Below, in pieces: positions 17,575 through 25,303 of a stretch of 48,663 bases of DNA. Every line of letters begins with the position of its first letter. Position 1 is the first letter of the stretch. The notes beneath the pieces are model-generated. The model saw nothing but the letters and a program-made list of their open reading frames with translations, had not been told where the DNA came from and did not search any database. Source of the stretch: a virus. Its lineage: Duplodnaviria; Caudoviricetes. The DNA lies in the IMG/VR virus record IMGVR_UViG_3300020045_000913, positions 1-48,663 of that record; one strand, given 5' to 3'. A program made the translations under genes and the position numbers.

Positions 17575-18033
17575 ATGCAAGCTGAAACTATCATCATTGG
17601 CCAGTCTGAATATACGGCCATGAAAATGAATGCCTTTGAGGCTAACCGTATTCTGTTGCGCCTTAATAAAATCATCCTGCCTGTTATTGGCGGGTTGACT
17701 AAAGGCAAGCAAGGCGGCTCGGTTAACTTGCTTGACGCTGACTTGAGCGAAGCAACCGGAATCATTGCCGAGAATCTAACCGAAGAAGTGATGGACACGA
17801 TTGTTTTTCCAATGTTCACCCAGTCGCGTGTTTACTTTGGTGAAAAGAAGGTATTCATTAAAGACGGTATGAGCGTTAACCAGTGCTTTACCGCCGATAA
17901 CCTGTTTGATCTTTACGAGTTGATTTGGGAAGTTCTTAAACTTAACTTTTCAGCTTTTTTCGCACGGACGGCGGGCCGCTTTGGGAGCCTAACCGCCGGG
18001 GCTCAAATGGCGAAAAGCCTCCCGGTAAATTAA
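17575..18033 (+). CDS. Tail assembly chaperone
   Basis: Between tube and tape measure genes, GGAG RBS before ATG 17575, T-TTT-TTC slippery site near the 3' end. Confidence 0.8.
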   Translation: MQAETIIIGQSEYTAMKMNAFEANRILLRLNKIILPVIGGLTKGKQGGSVNLLDADLSEATGIIAENLTEEVMDTIVFPMFTQSRVYFGEKKVFIKDGMSVNQCFTADNLFDLYELIWEVLKLNFSAFFARTAGRFGSLTAGAQMAKSLPVN

Positions 18034-18203
18034 GAGAAGACTTGGAGCAAGAGTTATGGATATGGCGACCCATTCTTGCTCGTAAAGTATCTCTGTCAGA
18101 AGTGAAATCAGGTATGTGTAGCGTCGATGATTTGATGCGTTTAAATGCCTTGCTTGATATGACATCTGACTATGAAAATCAGGCTATGGCTAAAAAAGAC
18201 TGA
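17955..18203 (+). CDS. -1 frameshift extension of the tail assembly chaperone (gpGT-like)
   Basis: The -1 frame from the slippery heptamer is open for 80 codons (...ELWIWRPILARKVSLSEVKSG..SVDDLMRLNALLDM...KD*) and ends 18 nt before the tape measure gene. Confidence 0.75.
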   Translation, partial: FFRTDGGPLWEPNRRGSNGEKPPGKLREDLEQELWIWRPILARKVSLSEVKSGMCSVDDLMRLNALLDMTSDYENQAMAKKD

Positions 18204-18221
18204 GGCGGGTAAAATTAAACT

Positions 18222-19778
18222 ATGGCAATTGTTAGAGAATTAATCACCCGCTTCGGTTTCAATGTCGATAGCAGCGGCATGAACAAGGTCGAAGGCAGCA
18301 TTAACCGCTTATCCGGTATGCTGTCTGGCCTTGCTGCGTTTGCATCGCTTAGGGCGCTTGCTGGCGTGGCTGATTCCATGCAGTCGCTGGAGGCTCGTAT
18401 CGGGATGCTGCCTCAGACGCTGGGTGATGTTGGGGATGCGTTTAATGAGGTGTCTAAAAATGCCACTGAAAACCGGCAGTCACTTTCGGCATATGGCACG
18501 CTTTATGCCCGCATTGGCAATGCGGCCAAAGACTACATCAAGACTCAAGAAGACTTGTTGACGGTATCAAATACCATAAGTCAGGCTCTTGTCGTTGGTG
18601 GCTCTACGGCTCAAGAGGCCGCATCGGTAATGACACAGTTTAGCCAAGCGTTAGGCGCTGGCACATTGCAAGGCGAAGAGTTCCGGGCGATGGCAGAGGC
18701 TGCACCGCAATACATGGATGAACTGGCTATTGCGCTTAAACATCCACGAAGCGAACTAAAGAAGCTTGCAAGCGAAGGAAAGATCACATCAAAACAAGTG
18801 ATTGAAGCGACGTTGAAAATGTCAACGCTGTTTCAGGAAAAGTTTCGCCAAATGCCAATGACAATCGGCCAGGCCACGACGATCATTGGAAACAAGTTTT
18901 CAACCATGATCGCTGGGTTAAACCGTGAATCAAAGATTGTGACAAAGGTGGCGAACTTTCTTTTGGATGGATTTGATCGCATTGAAAGTGGTGCAAAGTC
19001 GTTTATCGAGTTCGTAGGTGGCAGCTCAAACGCTCTTAAAGCCTTTGGAATAGCACTAGCCGCAATACTTGGGCCAATGGCGTTGGGTGGCTTAATTAGC
19101 TTACTTGGAGTTGTTTTCTCGGTGGCTGGCGTGGTAGTTGGCGGCCTTGTTTTACTTGGCCTAGCTATTGACGATATTGTCACTTACTTGGATGGCGGGC
19201 AGTCTGTATTTGGTAGCTTTGTCCAATGGCTTAAAGATGGCTCTATTGGAGCATCGGCGCTTGAGGCTGTGATGCTTACGCTATCCGCTGCATTTGCTGT
19301 TTGGGGTATATCTGCCGTTACAGCGTGGGGCTCAGCGGCTGCTGCTGCCCTGGCTGGTGGCGCGTCAATGGCGCTCGCATGGGTGTTGGCTATGGGGCCA
19401 ATGGCACTTGTTTACGCTGGTATAGCGGCAGTTAGTACGGCTGTGTTCCTGCTTTGGAATAACTGGGACAAGGTAATGGGCTGGATGGGTGAAAAGGTCA
19501 AGTGGGTAATTGATAAAGCTAAGGCGCTTGGTCAATTCTTTGGTATAGGTACTGGAGCCGGGCCTACAACGCCTAACGTTGCGCCTTCTGCCGTTGCTCA
19601 ATCGGCTGCGGCTGGTGGTAACACAAATGTTACTTCTAACCAGACTGTCAATCTAACTGTTCCGCCCGGCACATCAGAATCACAGCAAGACTTTCTCAAG
19701 ACATCGGCTGGAGTGCTTAAAGGTGAAGGCGTAGATAAGAAGATCGCCCGTGATATGGGTCTAGGGGGCTATCGATGA
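18222..19778 (+). CDS. Tape measure protein
   Basis: IVRELIT.FGF start, QFSQALGAG.LQGEEFRAMAE tape-measure motif, hydrophobic C-terminal half. Confidence 0.92.
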   Translation: MAIVRELITRFGFNVDSSGMNKVEGSINRLSGMLSGLAAFASLRALAGVADSMQSLEARIGMLPQTLGDVGDAFNEVSKNATENRQSLSAYGTLYARIGNAAKDYIKTQEDLLTVSNTISQALVVGGSTAQEAASVMTQFSQALGAGTLQGEEFRAMAEAAPQYMDELAIALKHPRSELKKLASEGKITSKQVIEATLKMSTLFQEKFRQMPMTIGQATTIIGNKFSTMIAGLNRESKIVTKVANFLLDGFDRIESGAKSFIEFVGGSSNALKAFGIALAAILGPMALGGLISLLGVVFSVAGVVVGGLVLLGLAIDDIVTYLDGGQSVFGSFVQWLKDGSIGASALEAVMLTLSAAFAVWGISAVTAWGSAAAAALAGGASMALAWVLAMGPMALVYAGIAAVSTAVFLLWNNWDKVMGWMGEKVKWVIDKAKALGQFFGIGTGAGPTTPNVAPSAVAQSAAAGGNTNVTSNQTVNLTVPPGTSESQQDFLKTSAGVLKGEGVDKKIARDMGLGGYR

Positions 19779-20416
19779 TTGGTTTTTACTACGGCGGGCC
19801 TAATGCGAGCACCAAAGTCTTTGGCGGCATTGCTTCGCTAGACTTTGACGCTACGCTTGACGAGCTTCACGAGTGGAAAAACGAGGTAACCCAAAACCCG
19901 GTCGAGACTGGTTCGCCAATTACTGACCACATCATCGAGAAGCCTGATAAGTTACGCCTACAAGGCGTTATCACAAACAGCCCTTTGCGCGGTGAGTTCG
20001 CAGGTCAATACTTCGGCGGCGATACAGAGTCTCCACGTATTCAGACGGCGTTTGATGCCATTCGTGAGTTGCACAAGTCGCGTGATGTTATAGTGGTTTA
20101 CACCAAGCACGCCATCTATACTGACATGGCCATCGAGTCTGTCAGCATCCCGCGTAATGCACAGATTGGAGAAGAGGTTCAATTCACAATGGAACTGGTG
20201 AATATCCGCTTCGTCAATACTCAAATGGTGACTTTGCCACCGGGCATCAGTCCAAAGAAGGCCGCTAAAGCTGGTGGCGCTGCGGGTGCTACAGCAAAGA
20301 AGTCAGAGCCACAAAAAGCGGCTGGCAAGACTGAGACTAAAGAACCATCTAAGAGCATTGCGGCGTCGGCGGCTGATAGTGTGAGCAAGTATCTCAAATG
20401 GAAAGCCACACAATGA
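19775..20416 (+). CDS. Baseplate/tail tube initiator-type protein
   Basis: DAT..E.H...VTQNPVETGS.ITDH...P..L.L.G motif, directly after the tape measure gene. Confidence 0.75.
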   Translation: MIGFYYGGPNASTKVFGGIASLDFDATLDELHEWKNEVTQNPVETGSPITDHIIEKPDKLRLQGVITNSPLRGEFAGQYFGGDTESPRIQTAFDAIRELHKSRDVIVVYTKHAIYTDMAIESVSIPRNAQIGEEVQFTMELVNIRFVNTQMVTLPPGISPKKAAKAGGAAGATAKKSEPQKAAGKTETKEPSKSIAASAADSVSKYLKWKATQ

Positions 20417-20850
20417 CATTAGTTGAAATCCAATTATTTCCAGAAACAACCGACCAACTGCTAGACGTTGTGTTATCGGACAACCCGTACACTTTGCGCG
20501 TACTTTGGAATGAGATAGGCGGTTACTTTAGCCTGTCTGTTTATGAGCGAGAAGGCGATGTCATTCTTGAAAACGTCAAGATGGTGAAAAACTATCCACT
20601 GATTGGCCGGTTTAAAGACGACCGCCTGCCAGTTGGTGAGCTGTTCTTTATCGATAACAAAAACAAGAACGAGCGGGCGATTTACACGTCTATCGGGGTT
20701 GGTGATTATTCATTGATCTACTTTGTGCCTGATGTCGTTACCGCCATTGAGTCTATTGTCATCACGCCTGTGGCTGCTGTAAGTGGCAGCATCTGGGATA
20801 GTAGTCTATCCACTTGGGATGCTGGCGCTACGGTCTGGGATGTCGTTTAA
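20413..20850 (+). CDS. Baseplate-associated protein
   Basis: V.L....YTLRV.WN pattern and position. ATG 20413 overlaps the upstream stop codon. Confidence 0.65.
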   Translation: MTLVEIQLFPETTDQLLDVVLSDNPYTLRVLWNEIGGYFSLSVYEREGDVILENVKMVKNYPLIGRFKDDRLPVGELFFIDNKNKNERAIYTSIGVGDYSLIYFVPDVVTAIESIVITPVAAVSGSIWDSSLSTWDAGATVWDVV

Positions 20851-21774
20851 ATGGCTCTGTTTGACCGCGTAGCATCCCTGACAGTTGGCAAGCCAAACGG
20901 TAAAGCCATTGAGATACGCGACTTGCGTTTTGCATTCTCGATTGAAAAAGGAAGCGGCGAAAACCCTAATTCCTGCACTTGCCGGGTTTACAACTTAAAC
21001 CAAGACTCTCGTGCTTTGGTTGAAACGGTTAACAACGTCTTGATTCTCAAGGCGGGTTACAAACGTGACGTAGGCGAGTTGACTATTTTCACCGGTACGG
21101 TCACGCGGGCAATAACCAAGCGAGAAGGCGCGGATCTCGTAACTGAGATTGAAATGTCTGATAGCGGGCTTGAGTACAGGGATAAGAAGACTTCTTTTAG
21201 CTTCGCGCCAGGTGTATCGGCCGGTCAAGTATTGAGCAACATTGCCGCCACGTTTGGCTTGCCTGTAAGGCCATTGCCTACCGAGATAACACAAAAACAA
21301 TACCCTGATGGCTTTTCTTTCGTTGGTCGGTCACGCGAAGCTATGGCCAAGGCTTGCGAGTATTTGGGGCTTGAATGGTCATTGCAAAACCGAGAAGTTC
21401 AGATATTGAAAAAAGGCAAAGCTGTTGCCATGCAGGCGTTTGTCTTGTCGCCTGACACCGGGTTGATTGGATCGCCCGAGAAAGAGCATAAGACGCTTGG
21501 CGAGAAAGCGGCGGCCAAAAAAGGAATCACAGAGAAGCAAAAAGGCGTTCGGGTGACGTTTGCAACTGGTGACGCTGGCGACAAAGAAAAGAAACTAGAG
21601 GTACAAGGCTATAAAGTAAAGACACTTTTACAGCCTACCATGCAGCCGGGTGGATATGTTCGCTTAGATACTAAGTCAATTAAGTCTGAGTTTTTCAGGA
21701 TTGAGGCTGTCACCCATGTCGGTGATACGCATGGTTCAGAGTGGTTATCTGAGTTAACGCTGCGTTACGTTTGA
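20851..21774 (+). CDS. Baseplate hub protein
   Basis: F.IEK...PN.....YNLN, LKAGY, IFTG, LSPDTGLIGSP, H.GDTHG..W. Confidence 0.8.
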   Translation: MALFDRVASLTVGKPNGKAIEIRDLRFAFSIEKGSGENPNSCTCRVYNLNQDSRALVETVNNVLILKAGYKRDVGELTIFTGTVTRAITKREGADLVTEIEMSDSGLEYRDKKTSFSFAPGVSAGQVLSNIAATFGLPVRPLPTEITQKQYPDGFSFVGRSREAMAKACEYLGLEWSLQNREVQILKKGKAVAMQAFVLSPDTGLIGSPEKEHKTLGEKAAAKKGITEKQKGVRVTFATGDAGDKEKKLEVQGYKVKTLLQPTMQPGGYVRLDTKSIKSEFFRIEAVTHVGDTHGSEWLSELTLRYV

Positions 21775-21804
21775 AATATCTTTTTCAAGATAGTAAAAGA
21801 TATT

Positions 21805-21880
21805 TGGTGCGAAGGACTGGAATCGAACCAGCACCTTATGAATTATGAGTTCACGGCACTAACCGTTATGCTACCTTCGC
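21805..21880 (-). tRNA. tRNA with CAT anticodon (elongator Met or Ile2), CCA encoded
   Basis: Reverse complement GCGAAGG TA GCAT AACGGTTA GTGC C GTGAA CTCATAA TTCAT AAGGT GCTGG TTCGATT CCAGT CCTTCGC ACCA forms a complete cloverleaf. G1:C72 argues against an initiator tRNA. Confidence 0.92.
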
Positions 21881-21885
21881 TGAAT

Positions 21886-21990
21886 TGGTGGGGTGGCCGG
21901 TGCTGATCTCCGGCTTGGCGTCTTAACGATCTAGGTTTGTGGCGGCACCAGCACGACCTTGCTTTTAGTATCAGCATACTAATTCACCCC
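21886..21990 (-). ncRNA. tRNA-like RNA (105 nt) with acceptor stem, ACCA end and complementary D-like/T-like loops
   Basis: GGGGTG/CACCCC-ACCA, TTAGTA-TGCTGA-TACTAA, GCCGG-AGATCAGCA-CCGGC. No canonical anticodon arm or TTC loop. Confidence 0.7.
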
Positions 21991-21997
21991 ATAAATA

Positions 21998-22696
21998 TTG
22001 ACAGCTCTGCACTCCCATAAAGCAGGGTTGCTTTGCCTTTACACATCTTACTGTGATGCACCGGTGCTAAACCGTATGCGTGCAAAGTTGTCAAGTAAGC
22101 GGGTTAGCCTAGGTATTCTGCGCTTCATTGCGTAACTGCATAAAACAGTCCGTGTAATTCAATCGGCTAACGAATCTAACCCGCTTACTTGATAACTCTA
22201 TTAACAGGCTTGCACTTGCATAAAGCTGCATTTTCCATAGTGCTTAAATTCTGCCCTGCTCCGTGGCTAATTACGTCGCTGCAAGCCTGTTAAATTGTTG
22301 ATGGCGACCGGTTTCCACCAATCCTGCGATAAACGCTTGACCATTAAGTAATCAGACTGGCAACAGATACCGAGTCATTTGGCTGTTTTTCATGTTGACT
22401 AAACATGCACCAATCTGATTACTTGATAGCGCCGTCTCTCCGGCTGTCACGTAAGTTTTGCTATCCTGCGCTCTACGTTAACGCACTGTGATATTCAATT
22501 TTCCCAGATAGCCCGGTACTCCGTAAATTCGCTCACGGCGCTATGATGTAACCTCGCTGCTAACATCAAGAAAGTGATCTTGCTCATTGCTACTAGTAAA
22601 CTTGCTACACATCCAATGCCAAAGACATATTTGTAACCGTTCCATCTTTCGCTAAGTAGATCACTTTCTTGATAGTCCCCGTCTTTCCGGGGTGTC
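21998..22696 (-). ncRNA. Array of structured RNA units closed by long stems
   Basis: Inverted repeats at 21998-22012/22080-22094, 22087-22107/22176-22196, 22201-22214/22280-22293, 22343-22360/22410-22427 and 22565-22580/22658-22673, with shared internal motifs. No ORF of 60 aa or more. Confidence 0.65.
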
Positions 22697-22786
22697 TTTT
22701 ATAATCAATGGTGTAATTATTTTTTATGCAGATGCTTTCATGATAACTCCTTTAAAATTTATGTAAATAAATATGCTAACGGCTGA

Positions 22787-22831
22787 ATTCTACGCCAACT
22801 AAACCGCATTTTTATCTAGGGGTTTACCCTA
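22787..22831. promoter_or_regulatory. Divergent promoter region: minus-strand TAGAAT -10 and TAGGGGTTTACCCTA palindrome
   Basis: ATTCTA at 22787-92 and the palindrome at 22817-22831, related to the motifs at 2870, 6983 and 15572. Confidence 0.55.
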
Positions 22832-22858
22832 ATGGCGCAATGTCTTAAAATATGGTAA

Positions 22859-23545
22859 ATGGCTGAACAAATTGATTTCGTTGACGCTTTGCGCAAACTG
22901 ATTGACTCGAAGACGGGTGAGATAAACACGTCCCTGCCGGGCGTGATCGTTGGCTACGCCAATGGCCGCGCCAGTGTGCAGCCTACGCCTAGCAAGCGAT
23001 ATGCTGATGGTGACGTTTTGCCATTCCCAATTTTGCAGAATGTCCGCGTGTGCTGGCCCAGCTTCGCTGGCGGCATGGCTGGTGTTAAAGGGCCAATCCT
23101 GCCGGGCGACAAGTGCCTGATTGTGTTCGCACAGCAAGCGGTAGACGGAACTGACGATATGCGCCGGTTTGACATTTCAGACGCTTATGTTATCCCTTGC
23201 GATCTTGGCACGGCTGGCGCTGGGGATAGTGGAAACAATGCTGATTTAACGGTGTTTTACGGGCATGGTTCTATTCGGATTAGCTCGGGTGGTGCCGTTA
23301 CTATTACCGCGCCTGGTGGCGTTACCGTCGATACACCACAAACAACCAATACCGGGGCGCTTACGACGCAAGGCTTACTGACGTATGCGGCTGGAATGGC
23401 TGGCTCAGGTGGTGGAGCGGGGACTTCGATCAGTGGCTCAATTGTGCAAACAGGCGGCGACTTGTCATCTAATGGCATCGTGCTTGCAACTCACATTCAT
23501 AGTGGCGTGCAGTCTGGCCCCAGTAACACGGGGGCACCGGTATGA
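22859..23545 (+). CDS. Baseplate central spike (Gp138/gpV-like)
   Basis: TSLPGVIV, PILPGDKCLIVF, RRFDISDA, C-terminal THIHSGVQSG...TGAP with the HxH metal-binding tip. Confidence 0.88.
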   Translation: MAEQIDFVDALRKLIDSKTGEINTSLPGVIVGYANGRASVQPTPSKRYADGDVLPFPILQNVRVCWPSFAGGMAGVKGPILPGDKCLIVFAQQAVDGTDDMRRFDISDAYVIPCDLGTAGAGDSGNNADLTVFYGHGSIRISSGGAVTITAPGGVTVDTPQTTNTGALTTQGLLTYAAGMAGSGGGAGTSISGSIVQTGGDLSSNGIVLATHIHSGVQSGPSNTGAPV

Positions 23546-23892
23546 TTGATCTAGCTCTCGACCCATTGACGCATGACTTGTATCTTGTAAACAATGATCT
23601 GGTTTTGTTGGATGGCGCTGAACGTGTGCGCCAACACTTAGCCATTAAGCTAAAGTTGTGGACTGGAGAATGGTTTCTTGATACTGAGTTTGGCACACCA
23701 TACACCGCTGAAATTCTAGGCAAGCAGATTAGCCTTGCTGGGTCTGTTGCCGCGCTGAAAGCGTCGATTATGGCTGTGGATGGCGTGCAAAGCATCACGC
23801 GGTTTACCTTTGATTTCAATCGCTCGGCTCGCGCTTTAAATGTTGAGTTTGATGTTCAGACACCTTACGGATTGATTACTTATGCCACTTAA
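23542..23892 (+). CDS. Baseplate wedge / sheath initiator (gp25/gp46-like)
   Basis: LKLWTGEWFLDTEFGTPY, VDGV..I, V.TPYG. Confidence 0.8.
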   Translation: MIDLALDPLTHDLYLVNNDLVLLDGAERVRQHLAIKLKLWTGEWFLDTEFGTPYTAEILGKQISLAGSVAALKASIMAVDGVQSITRFTFDFNRSARALNVEFDVQTPYGLITYAT

Positions 23893-25303
23893 TACAACGG
23901 GATTTGAGCGCGCGCGATTAGCCGACATTAAAGCGGATTTCGATCAGCGTTTTACGGACGCTCTAGGGCCGGTTAACACGTCTCCTGACGCTGTTGTTGG
24001 TCAAATGATTGGCATCTTCGCTGCGGCTCTGGATGACATTCAAGAGACACTAGCCGATACTTACGATGCAATGTATCCGTACAGCGCTGAAGGCGTTAGC
24101 TTGGATGGTGCCGTGGCGTTTGTTGGCTTGGAGCGTTTAGGCTCTAGCGCCACAACGGTTACAGCTTGCGTCTATGGCGCAGAGGCGACATTGCTACCGG
24201 CTGGCGTGCTTACGAGGTCTGGCACAAAGCAATACGCCACGACTTCGGACGTGGTTATCAGTCGGGCCAATGCTTTAGACGTTGAAATTGAAGTTACTAC
24301 GGTACTTAATGCCACGTCTTACCAGATCATCGCTGGCGGCGTTTTAGCGGCTTATACGAGCGATGCTAGTGCCACTGCTGGCGAGATTGCTACGGGCCTT
24401 GCAGCGGCGTTTAATCCTGCCAACTTTACGGCAGTAGCCACGGGTTCAAAGGTTCGCGTTTACAGCTTTGATAAAGTCTCTGACTTTCCATTGACGCTTG
24501 ACTCCAACTTGACGATTACAAAGCTGGGTTCACCGGCTGTTTTTATCGCAACCGAGTTGGGCGCTAACGTCTTGCCGGTTGGCGCTTTGAATATCATTGA
24601 TAGCCCTATTCTTGGCTGGTCAGAAGCGTCTAATCTGGTGGCTGGCGTGACTGGCCGCGATACCGAGTCAGACGCTGATTTGCGTGACCGTCATTCGACT
24701 AGTATCCGGGCCACCGGCAGCGCCACGGTAAAAGCCATTCGCGCCAGATTGATTTCAGATATTCCTGAAATTACAGCGGCTTTCGTTTATGAAAATCGCA
24801 CGAATGAAGTAGTAGATTCCATGCCAGCGCATAGCTTCGAGATGGTTGTCGTCGGCGGTGCTACGCAGGACATTCTCGATAAGTTGTGGGAGCTTAAACC
24901 GGCTGGAATTGAGACTTATGGCAGTACGTCGGGCCAAGTTATTGACGACAATGGCGACGGTCAAACGATCAAGTTTTCACGTCCCGCAACGCAATACGCT
25001 TGGGTTCGTGTATCAGTGGATGCTTTGTACACCGAAGAGACTTTACCTAGTACAGTTCAGACTGCTATTGTTGATGCTGTAATGGGTTATGGTGGGGCAA
25101 TGAATGTCGGTGAAGATATCATTACTCAGCGCTTCTATGGCCCAATTTATGACTACACAATGGGTCTAGGTCAGATCACTGTAGAAGCCGCAATTACAGC
25201 CACCGAAGGCGGTACACCAAGTTACTCTACCAACAACATTGCCATTGGGCGAGCGGGAATCGCAGCGTTTGCAGTCGAGCGCATATCGGTGGTTGGTGTA
25301 TGA
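23882..25303 (+). CDS. Baseplate J-like wedge protein
   Basis: AEGVSLD, GRDTESDADLRDR, PAHSFE.VV.GG, KPAGIETYG. Confidence 0.9.
   Translation: MPLNTTGFERARLADIKADFDQRFTDALGPVNTSPDAVVGQMIGIFAAALDDIQETLADTYDAMYPYSAEGVSLDGAVAFVGLERLGSSATTVTACVYGAEATLLPAGVLTRSGTKQYATTSDVVISRANALDVEIEVTTVLNATSYQIIAGGVLAAYTSDASATAGEIATGLAAAFNPANFTAVATGSKVRVYSFDKVSDFPLTLDSNLTITKLGSPAVFIATELGANVLPVGALNIIDSPILGWSEASNLVAGVTGRDTESDADLRDRHSTSIRATGSATVKAIRARLISDIPEITAAFVYENRTNEVVDSMPAHSFEMVVVGGATQDILDKLWELKPAGIETYGSTSGQVIDDNGDGQTIKFSRPATQYAWVRVSVDALYTEETLPSTVQTAIVDAVMGYGGAMNVGEDIITQRFYGPIYDYTMGLGQITVEAAITATEGGTPSYSTNNIAIGRAGIAAFAVERISVVGV

Noticed and set aside
21998-22696. CRISPR array interpretation of the repeated units
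   Set aside because: There are no identical direct repeats with regular spacers. Similarity is structural with short motifs only, and there is no cas operon.
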